Below the pieces are notes generated by a model. The model searched no databases. It was given only the letters and a program-made list of their open reading frames with translations, and was not told the DNA's origin. A stretch of 17,875 nucleotides of DNA from Verrucomicrobiales bacterium (GTDB lineage Bacteria; Verrucomicrobiota; Verrucomicrobiia; Verrucomicrobiales; SLCJ01). The stretch is taken from assembly GCA_046075565.1 (NCBI GenBank), contig JBJTQJ010000107.1, positions 1-17,875 on the forward strand, read 5' to 3'. Numbering within the stretch: position 1 is the first letter of the stretch; the number at the start of each line of letters is the position of its first letter. The position numbers and the translations under genes were made by a program. Positions 1 to 7,761 of the stretch are shown piece by piece.

Positions 1-429
1 CTCGGAGGAGCGGGCGAGGATGCTTGCGCCAGACTCCGTGGTTTCGGCCTCAAACTCGGCACGGCCTATCAGGTCTACGACGATTGTATCGATTTGGTCG
101 GCCAAGAGTCCGCCATCGGCAAAACACTAGGCACCGACCTCAAGAAAGGCAAACTCACCCTGCCCATCCTCAATCTGCTTGATTCGGCCACGGAAGCGCA
201 ACGGTCGCGTCTGAACCGCATGCTCGTGCAACAGGAACCCATCGACCTCGGCGTGCTCGCCGGCATCGCCGACTACGCCGGAGCCATCGAGGCCGCCGTG
301 CAAACCGGTCGTGGACTTCTCGTGCAGGCCCGGGAAGACCTCGGCGTGCTGCCCGACAATGATCACTCCCGCGCGCTTGCCCAGATCACCCGCTATCTCG
401 AAGGGTTGCTCGACGGGTGTTTGCCGTAG
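1..429 (+). CDS. Polyprenyl (octaprenyl-like) diphosphate synthase, C-terminal part; 5' end lies outside the window
   Basis: Frame +1 is open from base 1: LGGAGEDACARLRGFGLKLGTAYQVYDDCIDLVGQESAIGKTLGTDLKKGKLTLP. This contains the second Asp-rich motif (YQxxDDxxD) and the GK..G.DL..GK.TLP signature of IspB/HepT-type trans-prenyltransferases. Stop TAG at 427-429. Confidence 0.9.
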   Translation, partial: LGGAGEDACARLRGFGLKLGTAYQVYDDCIDLVGQESAIGKTLGTDLKKGKLTLPILNLLDSATEAQRSRLNRMLVQQEPIDLGVLAGIADYAGAIEAAVQTGRGLLVQAREDLGVLPDNDHSRALAQITRYLEGLLDGCLP

Positions 430-526
430 GGATAGCCCAGCATGTAAGCATCAGGTAATCGAAACGCGGACGACCAGACGTGTCGTGGCTCCGAACCAGA
501 TCCCACCCGATCTCACGAAGAACCAG

Positions 527-565
527 AAATTTTTTGCTTGTGTTCTTGGGAGACTTTGTTAGCTT
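527..565 (+). promoter_or_regulatory. Candidate sigma70-type promoter
   Basis: AT-rich tract aaatttttt (527-535), TTGTGT (538-543), 16-bp spacer, then extended -10 TGnTAGCTT (557-565). Predicted start near 571. Identified by motif resemblance only. Confidence 0.35.
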
Positions 566-667
566 GGTAAGGCGATTTATCTCCACACGTTCCAAGAACC
601 TTCCACGCATCTCCAAAATCGCCCCAACCCCCGCTCTTTCCGGCCACGGCCAAGAGAGTCTCCCAAG
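545..667. repeat. Nested inverted repeats (rod-like hairpin potential)
   Basis: CTTGGGAGACT (545-555) / AGTCTCCCAAG (657-667) is a perfect 11-bp IR. Inside it: TTGG-taa-GGCGATTT (564-578) / AAATCGCC-CCAA (616-627). Confidence 0.7.
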
Positions 668-690
668 CTTAAAGCTTCAATTTTCCCCAA

Positions 691-839
691 TTTTCCCGGA
701 AGTTAAGGGGTTTTCTCCCGGGAATCCCCAGGGGGTCGTCGTCTGGAGGGGCGGCGGCCCCCAATCCATTTTCTGGCGCAGCACTCACTAGCTGCCCCAA
801 CTTCCGGATGGAATTTTCCCCGGGAATCGCCGGATGGAA
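691..839. repeat. Short direct repeats / palindromes, possible operator sites
   Basis: TTTTCCCGGAA (691-701), TTTTCTCCCGGGAATC (711-726), TTTTCCCCGGGAATC (814-828); CCGGATGGAA twice (804-813, 830-839). Confidence 0.55.
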
Positions 840-848
840 AGACTTCAG

Positions 849-912
849 TCTCTCCACCGGGCCTCTGATCGGAAGATTGGAATCATAAATCAGCGGAAAT
901 GCGGTGGAGAGA
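849..912. repeat. Inverted repeat / hairpin upstream of the first cluster gene
   Basis: TCTCTCCACCG (849-859) / CGGTGGAGAGA (902-912) is a perfect 11-bp IR, with inner CTGAT/ATCAG and GATT/AATC pairings. Confidence 0.65.
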
Positions 913-960
913 GGACCATTTTCGCGTAGACCTCTAAGTATCTATGGTTTTCTGATATCC

Positions 961-2112
961 ATGGTCACCATCCTCCTTCACAAGTCGAAGCAGCCAGCGA
1001 TCATCACGAGCATCGCGCTGGCTTTGATATTGCCGACTCCCCACACAGTTCACGCGGGTCCACCAGGCCTTCCGACTTCGGTGAGCAACCCGCTGGAGAT
1101 TCCGCGCAGAGGGGAAATGGTCGAAGTGGATTGGGCCGGGGTCCGAAGCCGGCTTCCCGATATCCAAGCGGAGGCCGTCACGGTCCTTGATGATGATAGG
1201 CCGATTCCCACCCAAGTGGTGCGCACGGATTCGAGGGCGACCCTGCTTTTCCGGGCGGATTTCGCCGCTCGGGAGACGCGAAGATTCACCATCACGTCCG
1301 ACAACCCAATTGCCGATGAACCCCGCGCGCGGGCACTTTTCGTCGAGCATCCCGACCTTGACTTCATGGCCTGGGAAAACGACCGGATCGCGTTCCGGCT
1401 CTGCGAGAAACGGCTGGTCAGCAGCGGGGTGGATGTGTGGGCGAAACGGGTGACCCGCCCCATCCTCGATTCGATGAGCAAAAGGGATTATCATGTGGAT
1501 AACGGGGAAGGTGTGGACTGTTACAAAGTCGGGGAAGGTCGCGGTTGCGGCGGGTTCGGGATATGGCGCGACGGGAAACTCCATGTCTTGCGCAACTTCA
1601 AGTCATACAAGATTCTGGCCGAAGGCCCTCTGCGAACGGTAATCGAGTTGACCTACGCGCCCTGGGACACCGGAGGCATTCAAGCGGGTGAAGTCAAACG
1701 CATCAGCCTCGACGCCGGTTCCCAACTCAACCGCATCGAAAGCAGACTCGACTTCGCCGGCACCGAAACCCTGACCGCGGTGGCGGGCCTGACCGTGCCG
1801 AAGGCGGCGGCAACGACACAGCGGGAGAAGGATGGCTGGGCGGCGGTCTGGCAAACGACCGATGGCAAGGAGAATGGCATGTTGGGCATCGGTCTGGTGG
1901 CCACCGACCGAAAGATCGTGAAGTGGGAACCGTCCGAAGCAAGGATATTGATTTTGCTGCCCGTCACCGCCGGGAAGACACTGGTCTATCATGCCGGAGC
2001 CGGCTGGAGCAAACACGGATTCGCCGACGCCGCGGCGTGGAACGATTATCTCGAAGGCTTCGCCCGCCGATTGGCTTCCCCATTAAAAATCGAACTCCCT
2101 GCTTCTCCATGA
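961..2112 (+). CDS. DUF4861-family secreted protein (commonly found in pectin/uronate PULs)
   Basis: Motifs AWENDRIAFR, SSGVDVWAKR, YHVDNGEGVDCYKVGEGRGCGG, GPLRTVIELTY, ISLDAGSQLNRIES, YHAGAGWSK. Hydrophobic N-terminal stretch. Start uncertain (ATG 961 preferred over GTG 904). Stop overlaps the kduI start (ATGA, 2109-2112). Confidence 0.75.
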   Translation: MVTILLHKSKQPAIITSIALALILPTPHTVHAGPPGLPTSVSNPLEIPRRGEMVEVDWAGVRSRLPDIQAEAVTVLDDDRPIPTQVVRTDSRATLLFRADFAARETRRFTITSDNPIADEPRARALFVEHPDLDFMAWENDRIAFRLCEKRLVSSGVDVWAKRVTRPILDSMSKRDYHVDNGEGVDCYKVGEGRGCGGFGIWRDGKLHVLRNFKSYKILAEGPLRTVIELTYAPWDTGGIQAGEVKRISLDAGSQLNRIESRLDFAGTETLTAVAGLTVPKAAATTQREKDGWAAVWQTTDGKENGMLGIGLVATDRKIVKWEPSEARILILLPVTAGKTLVYHAGAGWSKHGFADAAAWNDYLEGFARRLASPLKIELPASP

Positions 2113-2939
2113 GAACCGTCAACACCTCCGACCGCCACCACTACCGCCGCATGACCACGGAGGAATTGCGCTCGCATTTCCTTCTCGAAAATCTCTTCCA
2201 GCCGGGTGTGGTCGAACTGGTTTACACCGATCTGGATCGTGCTGTCGTGGGTGGCATCGTCCCGCTGGACCAGACGCTGCAACTTCAGGGAGGCAGAGAA
2301 ATGGCCTGCGAATTCTTTTGCGAGCGCCGCGAAGCCGGCGTGCTCAATCTCGGTGCCCCCGGGACAATCACCGTGGATGGCACCAGCTACCAACTCGCCC
2401 CGCTCGATTGCCTCTACATCAGCCGGGGCAGCCGCGAGATCATTTTTATCAGCGAGCGTGCGGACGAGCCTGCACAATTCTACCTCGTCTCCTATCCTGC
2501 CCACTCCGAATATCCCACCACCCAGATGAGTCACGCTGCGGCAACCCGCATCGAATTGGGCAACGAAACGGAAGCGAACCGCCGCACGATTTACCAATAC
2601 ATCCACCGCCATGGCATTCCCAGTTGCCAACTCGTGATGGGCTTCACCGAACTCCACCCCGGCAGCGTCTGGAATACCTTTCCGCCACACACCCATGATC
2701 GGCGCACGGAGATCTATTGCTACTTCGACCTCGCGGGCGCGGGACTGGTGATGCATTTCCTCGGCGAACCCGATGAGACACGCCATGTCACGGTGCGCGA
2801 CAAACAAGCCGTGCTTTCACCGCCATGGTCGCTCCATTTGGGTTGCGGCACCGCCGCCTATCGCTTCGCCTGGGCCATGGGCGGCGAGAACCAGGTCTTC
2901 GAAGACATGGACAAGGTGGATCTAATAACCTTACGCTGA
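2109..2939 (+). CDS. kduI: 5-dehydro-4-deoxy-D-glucuronate isomerase (276 aa)
   Basis: MTTEELRSHFLLENLF, FCERREAGVLNLG, SCQLVMGFTELHPGSVWNTFPPHTHDRRTEIYCYF, SPPWSLHLGCGT, WAMGGENQ are KduI cupin signatures. Length is typical of KduI. The real start is the ATG at 2109, not 1923. Confidence 0.93.
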   Translation: MRTVNTSDRHHYRRMTTEELRSHFLLENLFQPGVVELVYTDLDRAVVGGIVPLDQTLQLQGGREMACEFFCERREAGVLNLGAPGTITVDGTSYQLAPLDCLYISRGSREIIFISERADEPAQFYLVSYPAHSEYPTTQMSHAAATRIELGNETEANRRTIYQYIHRHGIPSCQLVMGFTELHPGSVWNTFPPHTHDRRTEIYCYFDLAGAGLVMHFLGEPDETRHVTVRDKQAVLSPPWSLHLGCGTAAYRFAWAMGGENQVFEDMDKVDLITLR

Positions 2940-2947
2940 ATCCCATC

Positions 2948-3220
2948 ATGGAATCATCCGCTCAATCATCTCTCCCCTTTCGCCTCGACGGCGAAATTGC
3001 CATCATCACCGGCGGTGCCACTGGCCTTGGTTTTGGCATGGCCCGGTGTTTCGTCGCCTCCGGCGCCAAGGTCGTGCTCGTCGGACGCCGCGAGGAAGAA
3101 TTGAAAAACGCGGTGGCCGCGCTGGGTTCGGCCGCCACTCACGTCGCGCATGATGTGACCAACTTTGACCGCGCCGGAGAACTGGTGGAAGCCGCCACCC
3201 TCGCCGCCGGCGCATCCCCG
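2948..3220 (+). pseudogene. N-terminal fragment (~91 aa) of a short-chain dehydrogenase, KduD/gluconate-5-dehydrogenase-like; no stop, frame continues into the sulfatase
   Basis: FRLDGEIAIITGGATGLGFGMARCFVASGAKVVLVGRR...HDVT is a Rossmann TGxxxGxG motif. Similarity ends at ...AAGASP, before the expected NNAG motif, and no catalytic YxxxK segment follows. Position directly after kduI fits kduD. Confidence 0.8.
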
Positions 3221-3292
3221 GGCGTGGGCAGCGAACTTCAACTATCCCCTATGAAGCGCCCTCGGAAGTATGCTACTTTTCTTTCCAGCACC

Positions 3293-4621
3293 ATGAAAAA
3301 CCAATCGCCTTTTATCACCCTCCTTTGGTTTCTGGCTGCTTTCTCACCGCTCCGCGCCGGGAACCCCAACATCCTTCTCATCGTCGCCGACGACATGGGC
3401 TATGCCGACGCCGGATTCAATGGCGGAACCGAGATCAAGACCCCCAAGCTCGATGAACTCGCCCGCGGCGGTGCCAATCTGAAATCGTTCTACGTGCAAC
3501 CGGTCTGCTCGCCCACCCGTTCGACCCTCATGACCGGGCGTTATCCGTCAAACACCGGCGTCTATTCCGTGGTGCGCCCCCACGCCCTATGGGGATTAAA
3601 ACTGGAAGAGCAAACCATGGCCCAGATGCTGGGCTCCGCCGGCTATGAGACGTCCATTTGCGGCAAATGGCATCTCGGTGAATTCGAGCCCGCCTATCGG
3701 CCGACCAAACGCGGATTTGAGCACCAATACGGGCTCTGGTTCGGGGCGATTGACTACTTTACCCACCAAAGGGACGGCGTCCTCGATTGGCATCGCAACG
3801 ACGAACCCTGCGATGACAAGGGGTATGCCACCCACCTGCTCGCCAAAGAAGCCTGCCGGAGGATTCAGGAGAAGGATCCGGCCAAACCTTTGTTCCTATA
3901 TCTGCCATTCAATGCCGTGCACGGTCCGCTCCAGGTTCCGGAAAGCTACACCGTGCCTTATGCCGGACTAAAGGGACAACGCCGCATCTATGCCGGCATG
4001 TTGGCGGCCATGGATGAAGCCATCGGCCAGGTTATCGCGGCCCTCGATGAAAAGAAAATCCGTGATAACACGCTCATCATATTCACCGGCGACAACGGCG
4101 GCCCGTCGCCCGGAAAGGTCACCTCCAACGGTCCGCTGCGCGCGGGCAAAGGCACGATCTACGAGGGTGGTGTCCGTGTGTGCGCCTTTGCCAACTGGCC
4201 TGGGCGTATTCCCGCCGGGCAAACCATCAACGAGCCGCTGCACGGCGTGGATTGGTATCCGACGCTGGCCAAACTCACCAGTTCACCTCTCCAACAGAAA
4301 CTCCCGCTCGACGGGCGCGACATCTTGCCGGTGTTGACGGAAAGCGCGAAGTCACCCCATGAGGCCATCATCCTCTGCGGCACCCAGCGAGGGCAAGCCG
4401 CCATCCGCAAAGGCGATTGGAAACTGGTCGTCCACAGTGGCAAGGGAAAAAACAAAGGGCAATCGGGCATGGAACTCTACAATCTGAGCGATGACCTCGG
4501 GGAAAGCCGGAATCGCGCGCAGGAGGAACCGGAAAAACTCAAAGAACTTCGCTCCATCTATGACAAAATGATGAGCTCGGCCGTGCCTGCTGGCGGAGGC
4601 GAGGGCGTATCAGAAGAATAA
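3293..4621 (+). CDS. Secreted formylglycine-dependent (S1 family) arylsulfatase-like protein (442 aa)
   Basis: Signal peptide MKNQSPFITLLWFLAAFSPLRA, then PNILLIVADDMG, Cys-type motif CSPTRSTLMTGRY, GKWHLG, PFNAVHGP, DNGG, GKGTIYEGGVRV, ELYNLSDDLGE. Confidence 0.93.
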   Translation: MKNQSPFITLLWFLAAFSPLRAGNPNILLIVADDMGYADAGFNGGTEIKTPKLDELARGGANLKSFYVQPVCSPTRSTLMTGRYPSNTGVYSVVRPHALWGLKLEEQTMAQMLGSAGYETSICGKWHLGEFEPAYRPTKRGFEHQYGLWFGAIDYFTHQRDGVLDWHRNDEPCDDKGYATHLLAKEACRRIQEKDPAKPLFLYLPFNAVHGPLQVPESYTVPYAGLKGQRRIYAGMLAAMDEAIGQVIAALDEKKIRDNTLIIFTGDNGGPSPGKVTSNGPLRAGKGTIYEGGVRVCAFANWPGRIPAGQTINEPLHGVDWYPTLAKLTSSPLQQKLPLDGRDILPVLTESAKSPHEAIILCGTQRGQAAIRKGDWKLVVHSGKGKNKGQSGMELYNLSDDLGESRNRAQEEPEKLKELRSIYDKMMSSAVPAGGGEGVSEE

Positions 4622-4643
4622 GTTCAAACCAACGCCGACAATC

Positions 4644-6461
4644 ATGATCCGGACATTCATTCCCATCGCTTTTCTCGCTGGCCATGTCAGCGCCTGGCAG
4701 CCCGCCCCCGATTCCATGCTCACCGAGTGGGGAGCAAAGATCACGCCCGAAACCGCATGGCGGGAGTATCCCCGCCCCGCCTTGACCCGCGACGAGTGGA
4801 CAAATCTCAATGGCCTCTGGAAATACGCCTTGGCTCCAAAGACATCCACCACGGTGCCCACCGAATGGACGGGCGACATCCTTGTTCCCTTCGCCATCGA
4901 GTCGGCCCTTTCCGGTGTGAAAAAGCGCATCACCCCGGAAGACGCCATCTGGTATCAACGCGAACTCACCGCCACCAAAGTCGCCGGCAAACGCGTGCTC
5001 CTGCATTTCGAGGCGGTTGATTACCAGTCCACGGTTTGGGTCAATGGCAGCAAGGTTGGCGAAAACACTGGAGGCAACCTCCCCTTCTCCTTCGACATCA
5101 CCGATGCGCTGAAGGAAGGACCCAATACCCTGACGCTGAAGGTTACCGATGCCACGAACACGCCCGGCGCTTACCAACTCCACGGCAAGCAGGTTCTCAA
5201 ACCCGGGGGCATTTGGTATACGCCGGTTTCCGGAATCTGGCAGACCGTTTGGATGGAACAGGTGCCGGAAAAACACATCGTTTCGGCAAAGATCACACCT
5301 TCGCTCACGGGCAAGGTTTCCATCAAGCTGGAGACCCGTGGCGGCGATGGAGATGCCACCGTCACTGCCAGTCTCAACGGCAAACAGATCGCCACCGCCA
5401 CCGGTCCCGTCGCCGCCATTGAGATGCAGATCCCCGAGCCGAAACTCTGGTCGCCCGATTCGCCCACGCTCTATGATTTGACCATCCGCTTCGGTGATGA
5501 CGAGGTGAAATCCTACACCGGCCTGCGGGCGACAACCGTGATCAAGGATAAGGAAGGTCATCTCCGGTTGGCCTTGAATGGCAAAGAACTCTTCCACTGG
5601 GGCCCCCTCGATCAAGGATGGTGGCCGGATGGTCTGCTCACCCCTCCCTCGGATGATGCCATGGTTTCCGACATACGATTCCTCAAGGCTGCCGGCTTTA
5701 ATGCCATCCGGAAACACATCAAAGTCGAGCCTCGCCGCTATTACACCCACTGCGACCGCATCGGAATGCTGGTGTGGCAGGATCAGGTGTCCTGCGCACC
5801 CGTCAAGAACCAGGAGATTTCAACAAGTCCGAAGTGGACCAGGCTGCAGCCGGAACCCGTGGATGCAGAATGGCCCGACGCGGCCCACGGGCAATTCATG
5901 AAGGAATTGAAGCTGATGATGGACACGCTGCACAACCACCCCTCCATCGTCCAGTGGGTCATCTTCAACGAGGCTTGGGGCCAGCACCGAACCATGGAGG
6001 CGGGCAAATGGGCGGTGGCTTACGACCCCACCCGCCAAATCAACATCGCGTCCGGCGGCAATTTCCACCCCGTCGGCCATATCGTCGATCACCACGAATA
6101 TCCGCATCCCGCCTTTCCCTTCGAACTCGGAGAAAATGGCCGTTTCGACGGCTTCGTCAAAGTAGTCGGTGAATTCGGAGGGCACGGGTTTCCCGTGCAA
6201 GGCCATCTCTGGAATCCGAACGCCAAAAACTGGGGATACGGTGGCTTGCCCAAGGACAAAGCCGAATGGATCGAACGCTACAAAACCTCGCTCGAACGAC
6301 TGGCTCAACTCCGGAAAAATGGCATCGCCGCCGGCATTTACACCCAAACCACAGATGTCGAACCGGAAATCAACGGCCTACTCACCTATGACCGCAAGGT
6401 GCGTAAAATGGAAGCCGCCGATCTGGCGAAAATCCTAAAGGACTCCGGACTCATGGAGTGA
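4644..6461 (+). CDS. Glycoside hydrolase family 2 (beta-galactosidase/glucuronidase-like), secreted
   Basis: EYPRPALTR..WTNLNGLW, ILVPFAIESALSGV, LHFEAVDY, SGIWQTVWME, LDQGWWPDG, GFNAIRKHIK, acid/base motif WVIFNEAWG, nucleophile motif VGEFGG. N-terminal signal peptide. Confidence 0.9.
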   Translation: MIRTFIPIAFLAGHVSAWQPAPDSMLTEWGAKITPETAWREYPRPALTRDEWTNLNGLWKYALAPKTSTTVPTEWTGDILVPFAIESALSGVKKRITPEDAIWYQRELTATKVAGKRVLLHFEAVDYQSTVWVNGSKVGENTGGNLPFSFDITDALKEGPNTLTLKVTDATNTPGAYQLHGKQVLKPGGIWYTPVSGIWQTVWMEQVPEKHIVSAKITPSLTGKVSIKLETRGGDGDATVTASLNGKQIATATGPVAAIEMQIPEPKLWSPDSPTLYDLTIRFGDDEVKSYTGLRATTVIKDKEGHLRLALNGKELFHWGPLDQGWWPDGLLTPPSDDAMVSDIRFLKAAGFNAIRKHIKVEPRRYYTHCDRIGMLVWQDQVSCAPVKNQEISTSPKWTRLQPEPVDAEWPDAAHGQFMKELKLMMDTLHNHPSIVQWVIFNEAWGQHRTMEAGKWAVAYDPTRQINIASGGNFHPVGHIVDHHEYPHPAFPFELGENGRFDGFVKVVGEFGGHGFPVQGHLWNPNAKNWGYGGLPKDKAEWIERYKTSLERLAQLRKNGIAAGIYTQTTDVEPEINGLLTYDRKVRKMEAADLAKILKDSGLME

Positions 6462-6537
6462 TGCGCCGATTCCCAAAGCCGGAAACTACCACCAACAGGC
6501 TTTGCCACCGTCAACCACCTCGCAACCACCCACCATC

Positions 6538-7725
6538 ATGTCCCATCGAATCAAGCGCCGCTCTTTTTTAGGAACCTTTGCCACCTGCACCGGAGGCCTG
6601 CTACTGCCGGGAGCATTGCGCGCGGCCGGCCCCGCCACGGCAGTGCCTTCGTATCTGAAAGGCTACGAGAAGCTCTTCGCGGAAAACCCACGGGCGGCGG
6701 CGCTACAATGGTTCCGGGATGCCAAGTTCGGAATGTTCCTGCACTACGGCCTCTATTCGCTCGAAGGCCGGCACGAGTGGCTCCAGTTGCGCGAGAAAAT
6801 CCCCGTCGCCACCTACGCCAAACTCAAGGAGAGGTTCACGGCGGAGAAGTTCGACGCCGACTTCATCACCGATCTCGCGCTCGCCGCCGGGATGCGGTAT
6901 GTGAATATCACCACGCGGCACCACGACAGCTTCTGTCTGTTCGCTACCAAAGAAACGGACTTCAACAGCGTGAACAGTCCGGCGAAACGTGATCTCATCG
7001 CCGAACTTGCCGAGGCCTGCCGGAAAAAGGGCCTCGGACTCTGTCTTTACTACTCGCACGGGCGCGACTGGAAGCATCCACACGCGCCGAACAATGATCG
7101 CTGGGGCGGCAGCGCACGTCCGGAATACAGCCCGCCGGAGCCTTCATACGCCTATGGCAAAGACCACGATCTGAACAAGTATGTCGATTTCATGAAGGCC
7201 CAGGTCACGGAACTGCTGACAAACTACGGGCCCATCGCCGCAATCTGGTTGGATGGAATCATGACGCCGCTGACCGACAAAACAAAACAGCCACGGCCGA
7301 AACCGGCGGCCCAGCCCGACAACGCGCCCGAATTCCGCTGCCAGGAACTTTACGACCACATCCACTCGCTCCAACCGCAGGTGCTGGTTTCCTATAAGCA
7401 AGGGCTGCTGGGCACCGAGGACTTCTTCGCGCCCGAACACAAAGCCATCCCCACTGGCGCCGGCAAGCCGATGGAGATCTGCTCGACCTTGCAGGAGGGA
7501 AGCTGGGGATATCACAAACAGAAACGACATCTCAACGCGGATGAAGCCTGGGCCAAACTGGCTGCGGCGCGCGGCGCCAATACCAATCTCCTGCTCAATA
7601 CCGGCCCGATGCCCGACGGCTCGATTCCCGCTCCGCACGCCACCGTGCTGCGTGAAATGGGACGCCGAATCCGCGAGCAGGGATGGCCCGCGAAGGACAA
7701 GGATGATCCCTCAAAAAAGAAGTAA
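6538..7725 (+). CDS. Alpha-L-fucosidase-like, GH29, with twin-arginine (Tat) signal (395 aa)
   Basis: MSHRIKRRSFLG Tat motif; WFRDAKFGMFLHYGLYS, AGMRYVNITTRHHDSFCLF, LYYS...DW, QVTELLTNYG, nucleophile IWLDG, SWGY, NLLLNTGP. Confidence 0.9.
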   Translation: MSHRIKRRSFLGTFATCTGGLLLPGALRAAGPATAVPSYLKGYEKLFAENPRAAALQWFRDAKFGMFLHYGLYSLEGRHEWLQLREKIPVATYAKLKERFTAEKFDADFITDLALAAGMRYVNITTRHHDSFCLFATKETDFNSVNSPAKRDLIAELAEACRKKGLGLCLYYSHGRDWKHPHAPNNDRWGGSARPEYSPPEPSYAYGKDHDLNKYVDFMKAQVTELLTNYGPIAAIWLDGIMTPLTDKTKQPRPKPAAQPDNAPEFRCQELYDHIHSLQPQVLVSYKQGLLGTEDFFAPEHKAIPTGAGKPMEICSTLQEGSWGYHKQKRHLNADEAWAKLAAARGANTNLLLNTGPMPDGSIPAPHATVLREMGRRIREQGWPAKDKDDPSKKK

Positions 7726-7761
7726 CCACACGGAGTTCCCCGATATCAAAATCTTCCATCC

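Noticed and set aside
386..857. Small ORFs in the intergenic region (311-562, 386-616, 480-791, 669-857)
   Set aside because: No recognisable domains, atypical composition and mutual overlap. The region is better explained as regulatory or structured DNA.
3215..3222. TCCCCGGG at the SDR breakpoint matching the upstream CCCGGG repeats, as a recombination site
   Set aside because: An 8-bp GC-rich match is expected by chance at this GC content, and the motif is absent from the other junctions.
2825..4621. 598-aa ORF read as a single genuine SDR-sulfatase fusion enzyme starting at 2825
   Set aside because: The first 41 codons overlap kduI in another frame, the SDR part lacks its catalytic half, and an internal signal peptide at 3293 marks the real sulfatase start.
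4539..5750. Long minus-strand ORFs (4539-5750, also 7795-8670, 11110-11868, 13608-14861, 14762-16015, 17202-17855)
   Set aside because: They lie antisense to well-supported genes and have no recognisable motifs. Such shadow ORFs are expected from GC-rich codon bias.
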